Below are positions 30,685 to 39,883 of a stretch of 64,000 bases of DNA, piece after piece. The notes beneath the pieces were generated by a model. That model was given only the letters and a program-made list of their open reading frames with translations. It had not been told where the DNA came from and made no database searches. Source of the stretch: Candidatus Eiseniibacteriota bacterium (GTDB lineage Bacteria; Eisenbacteria; RBG-16-71-46); contig JBGAML010000019.1 of assembly GCA_044223005.1 (NCBI GenBank), forward strand, positions 1-64,000, read 5' to 3'. Positions within the stretch are counted from its first letter, which is position 1. Each line of letters opens with the position of its first letter. Made by a program: the position numbers and the translations under genes.

Positions 30685-32271
30685 GTGCAGCAGGTCCAGG
30701 TCCGCAAGGACGCCTATTTCGATTCCGTCGTCCTGATGCTCCTCAGTAAAGAGCTGAAAGGCCACGCGGGCGTGCGCGACGCCGTCGTCGCCATGGGCAC
30801 GCCCATGAACGTCGACCTGCTGCGGTCGAGCGGGTACCCCGCCGCGGACCTGGACGGCGTGACCCCCAACGACCTCGTCCTCGCGGTCGACGCGGACTCG
30901 GCGGAAGCCGCCGCCGCGACGCTCGCCGCCGCGGCCGCGTCGCTGGGCCGCCGGCAGGCGCCCGCGAGCGGTCCCGCCGGCGTCGCCGAGCCCGCGACGC
31001 TCGAGGCCGCGAAGCGCGCGCACCCCGAGGCCAACGTCGTCGTGATCTCGCTGCCCGGCGCGCACGCCGCGCGTGAAGCGAGGCGCGCCCTCGATCTCGG
31101 CCTGCACGTGATGCTGTTCTCCGACAACGTCGCGCTCGAGGACGAGATCGCGCTCAAGCGGCACGCGCGCGCGCGCGGGCTGCTGCTGATGGGACCCGAT
31201 TGCGGCACGGCGATCCTCAACGGCAAGCCGCTCGGCTTCGCCAACGTCGTCGCGCGCGGGCCGGTCGGGATCGTCGCGGCGTCGGGCACCGGGCTGCAGG
31301 AGGCGAGCGTCCTCGTCGACCGGCTCGGTTCGGGCCTGAGCCAGGGCATCGGGACGGGCGGCCGCGACCTGAAGAACGAGGCGGTCGGCGGCGCCACCAT
31401 GCTCATGGGCATCGAAGCGCTCGCCGCCGATCCGGCGACGCGCGTGATCGTCGTGATCTCCAAGCCGCCGGCGGCCGAGGTCGCGGCGAAGGTCGTGGCG
31501 GCGCTGGAAGCGACCGGCAAGGATGCGATCGTCCACTTCATCGGCCTCGCGCAGGATCCGCCCACGCGCTCGCCGCGCGTGCGCTTCGCGCGCGACCTCG
31601 AGGCGGCGGCGGGCATGGCGGTCGCCGCCGCGGGCGGCACGCCGTGGGCGCCCCGCGCGTTCGACCGGCCCGAGACCGAGATCGCGGCGCTCGTCGCGCG
31701 CGAGACCGCGGGCGTGGCGCCGGATCAGCGCCACGTCCGCGGCTACTTCACGGGAGGCACGCTCGCCGACGAGGCGTGGATCCTCCTGCACGGGCTCACG
31801 GGTGCGGTGCACTCGAACAACCAGACGAATCCGGCGTTCGTGCTGGCGGATCCGAAGGTTTCGGTCGGGCACACGGTGGTGGATCTCGGCGACGACGTCT
31901 TCACCGTCGGCCGCCCGCACCCGATGATCGACCCGAGCACGCGCACCGAGCGCATCGACGCCGAGGCCGGCGATCCCTCGATCGCGGTGATGCTCGTCGA
32001 CGTGGTGCTCGGCTACGGCTCGCACCCCGATCCGGCGGGCGCGCTCGTGCCCTCGCTCGAAGCCGCGAAGCGGGCCGCGGCCGCACGCGGCGGCCGGCTG
32101 GCGGTCGTCGCGTCGGTGACTGGGACGCCCGCGGATCCGCAGGGCCTCGCCGCCCAGGTCGCGACGCTGGAACGTGCCGGCGTGGTCGTGATGCCGTCCA
32201 ACGCGCAGGCGTCCCGCTTCGCGGTGCGCGTGCTCGAGGGCCTCGTGGCCCGCAGCGGAGGTGCCCGATGA
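30685..32271 (+). CDS. fdrA: FdrA/YahF-like acyl-CoA synthetase (SucD-like fold; AllF homolog)
   Basis: YFDSVVLM, MGTPMN, MLFSDNV, MGPDCGT, AASGTGLQE, GTGGRDL, DLGDD.FT.GRPHPMIDP. Confidence 0.92.
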   Translation: MQQVQVRKDAYFDSVVLMLLSKELKGHAGVRDAVVAMGTPMNVDLLRSSGYPAADLDGVTPNDLVLAVDADSAEAAAATLAAAAASLGRRQAPASGPAGVAEPATLEAAKRAHPEANVVVISLPGAHAAREARRALDLGLHVMLFSDNVALEDEIALKRHARARGLLLMGPDCGTAILNGKPLGFANVVARGPVGIVAASGTGLQEASVLVDRLGSGLSQGIGTGGRDLKNEAVGGATMLMGIEALAADPATRVIVVISKPPAAEVAAKVVAALEATGKDAIVHFIGLAQDPPTRSPRVRFARDLEAAAGMAVAAAGGTPWAPRAFDRPETEIAALVARETAGVAPDQRHVRGYFTGGTLADEAWILLHGLTGAVHSNNQTNPAFVLADPKVSVGHTVVDLGDDVFTVGRPHPMIDPSTRTERIDAEAGDPSIAVMLVDVVLGYGSHPDPAGALVPSLEAAKRAAAARGGRLAVVASVTGTPADPQGLAAQVATLERAGVVVMPSNAQASRFAVRVLEGLVARSGGAR

Positions 32272-33719
32272 GCACGCCCAACGCCACGACGCCGCTCGCG
32301 ACGCTGTTCGGCTCGGAGCTGTCGGTGATCAACATGGGCCTCGAGTCGTTCGCGGAGAACCTGCGCGACTGCGGCGTGCCCGCCACGCAGGTGCGCTGGA
32401 AGCCGCCGGCGGGCGGCGACGCGCGGCTGCTCGCGATCCTCGACCGCCTCGCGCGCGACGCCACGGTCGACATCGAGGCCGCGAATCGCCTGGCCGCCGA
32501 GCGCATCCTCGCGGGCCGTCCCACGCTGGTCGGTGTCGGGACCGCGGCCGACGTGGTGCCCGGCATGCGTCGCGATCTCGTGCTGCACGCGGGCCCGCCG
32601 ATCACGTGGGAACGCATGTGCGGACCGATGCGCGGCGCGGTGATCGGTGGCCTGCTCTACGAAGGACTCGCGAAGACGCGCGAGGAGGCCGAGTCGCTGG
32701 CGGCGTCCGGGAAGATCACGTTCGAGCCGTGCCATCACCACGACGCCGTGGGCCCGATGGCCGGTGTCATGACGTCGCGCATGCCGGTCTGGATCTTCGA
32801 GAACACGGCGTTCGGCAACCGCGCGTACTGCACGTTCAACGAAGGTCTCGGCAAGGTGCTGCGATACGGCGCCTTCTCCGACGAGGTGCTCGAGCGGCTC
32901 CGCTGGATGGAGACCGAGCTCGCGCCGCTCATGGCGCGCGCACTCGCCGCGCACGGCCCGATCGACATGCGCAGCCTGATCGCACAGCTGCTGCAGATGG
33001 GCGACGAGGGCCACAACCGCAATCGCGCCGGCACGTCGCTCGTGATCCGCGAGCTCGCACCGCACCTCGTGCGGCTCGACGCGCCGCGGGAGCAGGTCGC
33101 GCGCGTGCTCGACTTCCTGAACGCCAACGACCACTTCTTCCTCAACCTCTCGATGCCGGCGAGCAAGTGCACCGTCGACGCCGCGCGCGGCATCGCGGGC
33201 AGCTCGGTGGTCGTCACCATGGCGCGCAACGGTACCGACTTCGGCATCCGGCTCGCGGGCACGGGAGATCGCTGGTTCACGGGGCCCGCGGGCATCGTCG
33301 ACGGGCTCTACCTGCCCGGCTTCGGCCCGCAGGACGCGGCGCCGGACATCGGCGACTCGGTGATCACGGAGACCGCCGGCATCGGCGGGTTCGCGATGGC
33401 GGCCGCGCCCGCGATCGTGAAGTTCGTCGGCGGCACGCCCGCCGACGCGATCGACGTCACGCACCGCATGTACGAGATCACGGTGGCGGAGCACGACGCC
33501 TACCGGATTCCTGCGCTCGACTTCCGCGGCACGCCGACGGCGATCGACGTCCGGCGCGTGGTCGAGACCGGGATCCTGCCGGCCATCAACACGGGCATCG
33601 CGCACCGGGAGCCCGGGATCGGCATGGTCGGCGCCGGGCTCGTGAAGCCGCCCCAGAATTGCTTCGAGGACGCCCTGGCCGCATTCGCCGACACGGTGTG
33701 CGCGCTGGGGACACGATGA
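32268..33719 (+). CDS. DUF1116 protein (YlbE/YahG; AllG homolog)
   Basis: LHAGPP, PCHHHDAVGPMAG, NEGLGKVLRYGA, MGDEGHNRN, FFLNL, ARNG..FGI, DIGDS.ITE. 4-bp overlap with fdrA. Confidence 0.92.
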   Translation: MSTPNATTPLATLFGSELSVINMGLESFAENLRDCGVPATQVRWKPPAGGDARLLAILDRLARDATVDIEAANRLAAERILAGRPTLVGVGTAADVVPGMRRDLVLHAGPPITWERMCGPMRGAVIGGLLYEGLAKTREEAESLAASGKITFEPCHHHDAVGPMAGVMTSRMPVWIFENTAFGNRAYCTFNEGLGKVLRYGAFSDEVLERLRWMETELAPLMARALAAHGPIDMRSLIAQLLQMGDEGHNRNRAGTSLVIRELAPHLVRLDAPREQVARVLDFLNANDHFFLNLSMPASKCTVDAARGIAGSSVVVTMARNGTDFGIRLAGTGDRWFTGPAGIVDGLYLPGFGPQDAAPDIGDSVITETAGIGGFAMAAAPAIVKFVGGTPADAIDVTHRMYEITVAEHDAYRIPALDFRGTPTAIDVRRVVETGILPAINTGIAHREPGIGMVGAGLVKPPQNCFEDALAAFADTVCALGTR

Positions 33720-33732
33720 CGGAGGATCCGCG

Positions 33733-34611
33733 ATGAAGATGATCGACCTGACGATTCCGCTCGGCATCGGCACGCCGCCGTGGCCGACGTACATCCCGCT
33801 CCAGGTGCAGTACTTCAAGCGACTCGCGCCCAACGGCGCCAACGGCCAGGTGGTGACGCACTCCAACCACGTCGGCACGCACCTCGACGGCGAGATCCAC
33901 TTCTACACGCCGGGCAAGGACATGGCGAGCCTCGACATGGACTTCCTCGTTCACGAGGGCGCCATCGTCGACCTGTCGGACGTCTGCGGCGACTACGACG
34001 TCTACACGTCCAAGATGGTCGAGGAGCGCGTGGAGGTGAAGGAAGGCGACATCCTGATCATCCATACCGGCTACCACCACTACGGGTGGGACCAGCCGAC
34101 CGCGGACGAGGTGCGCTACATGATCAAGCACCCCGGCCCGGACCGCGAGTTCGCGGTGTGGGCGAAGAAGAAGAAGCTGCGCTGGATCGGCGTGGACTGC
34201 GGCAGCGCGGACCATCCGATGAACACCAAGATCCGCGAGTGGATGCCGGTGCAGGCCAAGGAGTGCGACGAGCACTTCCGCGCCAAGTACGGCAAGAGCC
34301 TCGAGCAGGTGTTCACGCCCGACAAGTACCAGCTCATGCACATCGAGATGTTCGACAAGGGCCTGATCCACGCCGAGTGCGTGGGCGGCGACATCGACCT
34401 GCTCCTCAACCAGCGCGCGACGATCGGCTGCTTCCCGTGGCGGTTCGTGGACGGCGAGGCGAGCATCTCGCGCATCGTGGCCATGGTCGAGGACAAGCGC
34501 TACGACCAGCTCATGGCGAAGAAGAAGAAGGCCAAGCTCACGAAGTTCGGCGACGTCGCGGGAGCGCGCAACGCGTGGCTCCACGAGGAAGCGCGCCGCA
34601 AGCGCAAGTAA
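33733..34611 (+). CDS. Cyclase family (kynurenine formamidase-like) metal amidohydrolase
   Basis: IDLT, HVGTHLD, GDILIIHTG, IGVD, IHAE. Confidence 0.88.
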   Translation: MKMIDLTIPLGIGTPPWPTYIPLQVQYFKRLAPNGANGQVVTHSNHVGTHLDGEIHFYTPGKDMASLDMDFLVHEGAIVDLSDVCGDYDVYTSKMVEERVEVKEGDILIIHTGYHHYGWDQPTADEVRYMIKHPGPDREFAVWAKKKKLRWIGVDCGSADHPMNTKIREWMPVQAKECDEHFRAKYGKSLEQVFTPDKYQLMHIEMFDKGLIHAECVGGDIDLLLNQRATIGCFPWRFVDGEASISRIVAMVEDKRYDQLMAKKKKAKLTKFGDVAGARNAWLHEEARRKRK

Positions 34612-34631
34612 TCCCCGTCACGAAACCCCGT

Positions 34632-34655
34632 GCCGGCCCGCGGTCGCGGGCCGGC
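34632..34655 (+). other. Intra-operon hairpin
   Basis: GCCGGCCCGCG-gt-CGCGGGCCGGC between the cyclase gene and the next gene; no U-tract. Confidence 0.5.
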
Positions 34656-34680
34656 CCCACCGATACACGAGGAGAAGACG

Positions 34681-35376
34681 ATGGCGATCGACCAGCTGGA
34701 AATGAAGCTCCGTCCCCCGGTGGACGAACTCGCGGCCTACCCGCCCAAGCTCATCACGCTCGCGTCGGGCGAGAAGATGGTCGTGCGCGAGTGCACGCAC
34801 AAGGACGTCGGTCCGCTGCTCGCGACCGTGCATCCGCTGCTCGCGGTGGCGAAGGACTACTACGACATCGTCGCGGCGCGCATGTACAGCGAGATCCTGG
34901 GCTGGTTCCGCCACCGCGTGGCCAACGAGTTCGTGATCGTGGGCGCGATCGACGGCGTGATCGCCGGCATCGTGACGAGCCGCCACGTCCAGAAGGGGCT
35001 CGGCATGAGCCTGCACACGCTGACGATCAAGCGTGGCCTGCGCGTCGGCGCCCAGCTGTTCGCCGCCAAGATGGAGCACCACATCGACTATCTGGGCGAG
35101 GACGAGGTCCACATCGTCGCGGAGAGCCCGATCGGCTTCAAGCGCTGGATGATCGAGTACGAGCTCGAGGACCGCTCGGCGCAGTACCCCGGCCTGCGTC
35201 ACGAGCTGGGCGGCGTGCCGACGTTCACGCTCACCCGCAAGCTCTGGGACGGCCTGCGCGCGGTCAAGTGCACGGGCACGCGCCCGATCGATCCCGCCCT
35301 GCTCGCGACCGCGGACAAGCTGATCCCGCCGTCGGAGTACGTGCAGCTTCCCGGCTGGAAGCGGGGCCAGAGCTGA
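34681..35376 (+). CDS. Hypothetical protein, probable GNAT-fold acyltransferase
   Basis: GAGGAG RBS; TLASGEKMVVRE, VGAIDGVIAG, KRGLRVGAQLF (acyl-CoA-binding motif A-like). Confidence 0.65.
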   Translation: MAIDQLEMKLRPPVDELAAYPPKLITLASGEKMVVRECTHKDVGPLLATVHPLLAVAKDYYDIVAARMYSEILGWFRHRVANEFVIVGAIDGVIAGIVTSRHVQKGLGMSLHTLTIKRGLRVGAQLFAAKMEHHIDYLGEDEVHIVAESPIGFKRWMIEYELEDRSAQYPGLRHELGGVPTFTLTRKLWDGLRAVKCTGTRPIDPALLATADKLIPPSEYVQLPGWKRGQS

Positions 35377-36575
35377 TGGCCGCGAGAGTCGGCATCGTCG
35401 GGATCGGCCATTGCCGGTTCGGCAACTCCAGCGAGTACGACCTCGTGGACGTCATCGCGTACTCCGCGAACGACGCGCTCCGCGACGCGGGAGGGCTGAA
35501 GCTGCGCAAGGAAGTCGACCAGGTCTTCGTCGGCAACATGGCGGGCGGGCTGTTCAACCGCCAGACCTCCGTCGCGTCCGCGCTCGTGAGCCGGCTCGAC
35601 ATGGAACCGTGCCCGGCGGAGCTCGTCGAGAACGGGCCCGCCTCGGGCGCCAGCGCGATCCGCATGGGTTACATGGCGATCGCGGCCGGCATGGCGGACG
35701 TGGTGCTGGTGGCGGCGGGCGAGGTCATGCGCACGGTGTCGGGCTGGGAAGCGACGGACATCGTCGCGACCATGGCCCACCACGACGCCGAGTACAACAT
35801 GGGCCTCACGCTGCCGGGGTTCGCGGGCATGTTCACGCGGCTCTACATGCAGAAGTACGGGCTCACCGAACGCGACCTGGCGCTCGTCGCGGTGAAGAAC
35901 CACGCCAACGGCGCCAAGAACACCTACTCGCACGTGCAGATCCCGGTGACGATCGAGGCCATCGCGGACGGTCCCGAGGCGAACGTGGTGAACAACTACG
36001 TCGCCGAGCCGCTGCGCATGTACTCGACGTGCCCGATCACGGACGGTTCGGCGGCGCTGATCCTCGTGAACATGGATTCGCCCAAGGCGAAGCTGTTCGC
36101 GAAGAAGCCCATCCGGATCGCCGGCATGGGCGCGGCCACGGACACGCACTGCGTGCACAACCGCAAGGATCCGCTGGTCCTCGACGCCGTGCGCCTGTCG
36201 TCGCAGAAGGCGTACGAGATGGCGGGCGTCGGCCCGAAGGACATCTCGGTCGCCGAACTGCACGACGCGTTCGTGATCTTCGAGCTGCTGAACAGCGAGG
36301 AGGTCGGGTTCTTCGAGCGCGGCACGTCGTTCCTCGGCGTGCGCAAGGGCGAGACCGAGATCGGCGGCCGCATCCCGATCAACACCTCGGGCGGGCTCAA
36401 GGCCAAGGGGCATCCCGTGGGCGCCACGGGCGTCTCGCAGGTCTACGAGCTCTGCCGGCAGCTGCGCGGCGAGGCCGAGGAGGGCCGCCAGGTGAAGGAT
36501 GCGAAGTACGGCCTCGCGGTCAACTTCGGCGGCTTCGGCAACAACGTGATCACCACCATCCTCGCGAAGGACTGA
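35376..36575 (+). CDS. Thiolase-superfamily protein (SCP2/archaeal type) lacking the nucleophilic Cys
   Basis: VAVKNH.NG, PITDGSAA, AELHDAF, NTSGGLKAKGHPVGATG, NFGG. VENGPASG stands where VENACASG is expected. Confidence 0.9.
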   Translation: MAARVGIVGIGHCRFGNSSEYDLVDVIAYSANDALRDAGGLKLRKEVDQVFVGNMAGGLFNRQTSVASALVSRLDMEPCPAELVENGPASGASAIRMGYMAIAAGMADVVLVAAGEVMRTVSGWEATDIVATMAHHDAEYNMGLTLPGFAGMFTRLYMQKYGLTERDLALVAVKNHANGAKNTYSHVQIPVTIEAIADGPEANVVNNYVAEPLRMYSTCPITDGSAALILVNMDSPKAKLFAKKPIRIAGMGAATDTHCVHNRKDPLVLDAVRLSSQKAYEMAGVGPKDISVAELHDAFVIFELLNSEEVGFFERGTSFLGVRKGETEIGGRIPINTSGGLKAKGHPVGATGVSQVYELCRQLRGEAEEGRQVKDAKYGLAVNFGGFGNNVITTILAKD

Positions 36576-36584
36576 GGGCGAGCC

Positions 36585-36971
36585 ATGACAGTCGATTTCA
36601 GTGCCTACGGCGAGCAGTCGCCCGAGATCCACGCGTTCAAGTGCCTCAAGTGCGGGGCGATCTACTACCCGGCTCCCATGATCTGCGGCAAGTGCGACGG
36701 ACACCGCGATCCGGTCACGGGCAAGCACTGGGAGGAGTTCCCGCTCGAGGGGCCGTGCAAGCTGCTGACGTGGACGCGCGTGTGGAACCTGCCGGAAGGG
36801 TTCAACCGCAAGTTCATGATGTTCGGCATGGTGGAGTTCCCGAACGGCCTGAAGGCCTCGGGCCGCCTGGAGTGCACGGGCGACCCGGTGATCGGTGCGA
36901 CGATGACGGCGACGGTCGAAGAGGCCGACGAGCGTCCGGGTCCGCCGGTCAAGGTGTTCGTGTTCCGCTGA
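36585..36971 (+). CDS. DUF35 (Zn-ribbon + OB-fold) thiolase partner
   Basis: KCLKCG..YYP..MICGKC, G..LLTWT, directly after the thiolase. Confidence 0.88.
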   Translation: MTVDFSAYGEQSPEIHAFKCLKCGAIYYPAPMICGKCDGHRDPVTGKHWEEFPLEGPCKLLTWTRVWNLPEGFNRKFMMFGMVEFPNGLKASGRLECTGDPVIGATMTATVEEADERPGPPVKVFVFR

Positions 36972-36984
36972 TCGGAGGCAGGCG

Positions 36985-37653
36985 ATGGCCGAGGACAACC
37001 TGAGCCGGCGCATCCACGCCACGCTGAGTGCGCGCATCCTGGGGCTGCAGTACCCCCCGGGGCACCGCCTCACCGAGGAAGGGCTCTGCGCCGAGTTCGG
37101 GGTGAGCCGCAGCCCGGTGCGCGAAGCGCTCGGACAGCTCGTCGAAGGCGGGCTGGTCGACAAGCGCGCGCGCGCCGGGTACTCGGTCCGCCGCCTCGAC
37201 CTGCGCGAGGTGGAGGAGCTCTACGACGTCCGGCTGGTGCTCGAACAGGCCGTCGTGGAGCGCGTCTGCCAGCAGGGCATGGACCCCGCCGAGCTCGACC
37301 GGCTCGAGCGGGACTGGCGCGAGCGCTACGAGAACCTGCCGGCGATGGGCGAGCACCTCGCGGACTCCGACGAGGCGTTCCACGCGGTGCTCGCGCGCGC
37401 GGCCGGCAACCGGACGCTCGAACGGCTGCTGCAGGACGTCGATCGCCGCATCCACGTCGTCCGCGCCGCCGACATCACGAATCCCGAGCGGCTCAAGACC
37501 ACGTGTCTCGACCACCTCGAGATCCTCGCGGGGATCCGCGATCGCGACGCCGCGCGCGCCGTGGCCGCGGTGAGGCGCAACATCGACTGGGGCCGCCGGA
37601 ACGTCGAGGCGGCGCTGAAGGACGCGCTCTTCCGTGCGTACGCCTCGGCATAG
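36985..37653 (+). CDS. GntR family regulator (FCD domain)
   Basis: PGHRLTEE.L..EFGVSRSPVREAL; D.AFH..L..AGN; H..I. Confidence 0.93.
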   Translation: MAEDNLSRRIHATLSARILGLQYPPGHRLTEEGLCAEFGVSRSPVREALGQLVEGGLVDKRARAGYSVRRLDLREVEELYDVRLVLEQAVVERVCQQGMDPAELDRLERDWRERYENLPAMGEHLADSDEAFHAVLARAAGNRTLERLLQDVDRRIHVVRAADITNPERLKTTCLDHLEILAGIRDRDAARAVAAVRRNIDWGRRNVEAALKDALFRAYASA

Positions 37654-38599
37654 GCCGCATCGCGCCGCCGCGACGAGCGTCGGCCCGTGCGTGCCCGCGG
37701 GCGACTTCGCCTTCGCGGTGCACAGCGCATTCCGCGCCGCGCTCAACCTGTGCGTCCCCGGACGGCGGAGCCTCGTGACGTTGCTCGCGCCCGACGCGGA
37801 GGACCAGCCCAACGCCGTCCGGCTCGCGGGTCCCGTCCGGTTCGACGAGTGGCCCGTCGCTCCCGGCGACTCGGGGCGCCGCGAGGGCGACCGGATCGTG
37901 TTCGACGGACCGCCGGGGGAAGGCGTCACGAGCGTCGACCTCGCACCGGCGACGCACACGCGCGAGCGCTCACTGGCCCCGCTCGCGCCGGGCGATCCGG
38001 CGTGGCGCGCCTCGTGGCGCGCGTGCGCGCGGGCGCTCGAGGCGCTGCAGGCCGCCGCGGGTACGGAACTGCGCCTCGCGGAGGTGCTCGGCACCGTGGC
38101 GGCGTCCTCGGCGATCGGCCGGCGGATGGCCTCCGCCGCGCGCGACCTCGAGGACGGCATCCGCGCGGTGAACGCCGCGAGCGCCGCCCGGGCGGCGTCG
38201 CGCATCCTCGGGCTCGGAGGCGGACTGACGCCCGCCGGCGACGACTTCCTCTGCGGCCTCGGCGCGGCGCTGCACTGCACGAGCGCCGGGCACGGGACGG
38301 ACGCGGAGTTCCTGCGCGCGTGGGGCGAGGACGTTTCGTCGCGCCTCGACGCGACGAACGCGGTGAGCGCGACGTTCCTCGAGTGCGCGATCGCCGGCTC
38401 GTTCGGGGCCGCGATGTGCGATTGGACGTGGGAGATGGCGCGGGGCGTCACGGGCGGAACGAGCCCCGGACTCGCCGCGGCGATGGGCAGGGTGTGTGCG
38501 ATGGGACACAGCTCCGGTACGGACACGGCCACGGGATTCCTGTTCGGCCTCGCCGTGCGGAACGACCCGGAAATGAGGCGATATGCTGCATCGATTTGA
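37634..38599 (+). CDS. DUF2877 protein (YlbF/YahE; AllH homolog); start uncertain
   Basis: VHSAF..A.N, LGLGGGLTPAGDDFLCG, GHSSGTD...G. Confidence 0.85.
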   Translation: MRTPRHRPHRAAATSVGPCVPAGDFAFAVHSAFRAALNLCVPGRRSLVTLLAPDAEDQPNAVRLAGPVRFDEWPVAPGDSGRREGDRIVFDGPPGEGVTSVDLAPATHTRERSLAPLAPGDPAWRASWRACARALEALQAAAGTELRLAEVLGTVAASSAIGRRMASAARDLEDGIRAVNAASAARAASRILGLGGGLTPAGDDFLCGLGAALHCTSAGHGTDAEFLRAWGEDVSSRLDATNAVSATFLECAIAGSFGAAMCDWTWEMARGVTGGTSPGLAAAMGRVCAMGHSSGTDTATGFLFGLAVRNDPEMRRYAASI

Positions 38600-39398
38600 A
38601 TATCTCGCACCCCGCGGACGGGCCGAGTTGCTCGACGTGCTCGCCGCGCGCGGGGCGTCGGCGATACTGCTCGCGGGCGGCACCGACGTGCTCGTGAACA
38701 TCCGCGCGGGCTCTGCCACGCCGAAGACCGTCGTCGACGTGAAGCGCGTCGACGGCTGGAGCGGACTCGGCTGGGATCCGGCCACGGGGCTGGAGATCCG
38801 GCCCGGCACGACCGTCAACCAGCTGCTCGCCGAACCGATCGTGCGCGAGAAGTTCCCACTGCTCGTGGCCTGCGCGCGCGACCTCGCGTCCTACCAGATC
38901 CGCAACCGCGCGACGGTGATCGGCAACATCGTGAACGCGTCCCCCTGTGCCGACATGGCCCCGGCGCTGCTCTGCCTGGACGCGACGGCGCACGTCGCGT
39001 CGGCGCGGGGAACGCGCGAGATCGCGATGCGCGAGTTCTTCACCGGCGTCAAGCGCACGCAGCTGGCGCCGGACGAAGTGCTCGAACGTGTGGTGGTGCC
39101 TGCCGCCTCGGCCGGCGCACGCGGCGACTATCGCAAGCTCAAGCGCATCCACGGCCACGACCTCGGCATCGTCGGCGTCGCGGTGATGAAGCACCGCGGC
39201 GAGCTGCGGCTGGGCATCAGCTCCGCGGCGCCGAAGCCGGTACTCGTCGATGGCCTCGCCGAATCGGCGACCGTCGACGAGGTCGCCGCCGCGGCGCGCA
39301 AGGCCATCTCGCCGATCAGCGACGTGCGGTGCACGAAGGAATACCGGGAGCACATGGTCGAGATCTTCGCCCGTCGGCTCCACCAGGAGGTGGCGTGA
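38583..39398 (+). CDS. Xanthine dehydrogenase family FAD-binding subunit
   Basis: LAGGTD, QIRNRATVIGN..NASP.AD, PISDVR...YR. Confidence 0.92.
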   Translation: MLHRFEYLAPRGRAELLDVLAARGASAILLAGGTDVLVNIRAGSATPKTVVDVKRVDGWSGLGWDPATGLEIRPGTTVNQLLAEPIVREKFPLLVACARDLASYQIRNRATVIGNIVNASPCADMAPALLCLDATAHVASARGTREIAMREFFTGVKRTQLAPDEVLERVVVPAASAGARGDYRKLKRIHGHDLGIVGVAVMKHRGELRLGISSAAPKPVLVDGLAESATVDEVAAAARKAISPISDVRCTKEYREHMVEIFARRLHQEVA

Positions 39399-39883
39399 TG
39401 ACGATCCGGTTCACGCTCAACGGCCAGGCCTACGAACGCGACGTGGAGGGGCATCGCACGCTGCTCCACTTCCTGCGCGAGGACCTCGGCTACACCGGCA
39501 CCAAGGAAGGCTGCGGCGCCGGCGAGTGCGGCGCGTGCACGATCCTCGTCGACGGTGAGGCCGTCAACGCCTGCATGATGCTCGCGCCCGAGGCCGACGG
39601 CCACGCGCTCGAGACGATCGAGGGCGAGGCGAAGCACGGCCAGCTCACGGCGATCCAGAAGGCGTTCGAGGACAACCATGCCGTGCAGTGCGGTTTCTGC
39701 ACCGGGGGCCTCGTGATGGCAGTGCGCGATCTCCTGCGCCGGCACCCGCAGCCCACGCGCGAGCAGATCCAGGAAGGCATCGAGGGCAACTTCTGCCGGT
39801 GCACCGGCTACCAGCAGATCCTCGAGGCCGTGTTCGAGGCCTCCGGCCAGTCCGCCGAGAAGGGAGGGCTGCGCCGTGCTTGA
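39398..39883 (+). CDS. Xanthine dehydrogenase family 2x[2Fe-2S] subunit
   Basis: GTKEGCGAGECGACT, QCGFCT, GNFCRCTGY. Confidence 0.95.
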   Translation: MTIRFTLNGQAYERDVEGHRTLLHFLREDLGYTGTKEGCGAGECGACTILVDGEAVNACMMLAPEADGHALETIEGEAKHGQLTAIQKAFEDNHAVQCGFCTGGLVMAVRDLLRRHPQPTREQIQEGIEGNFCRCTGYQQILEAVFEASGQSAEKGGLRRA

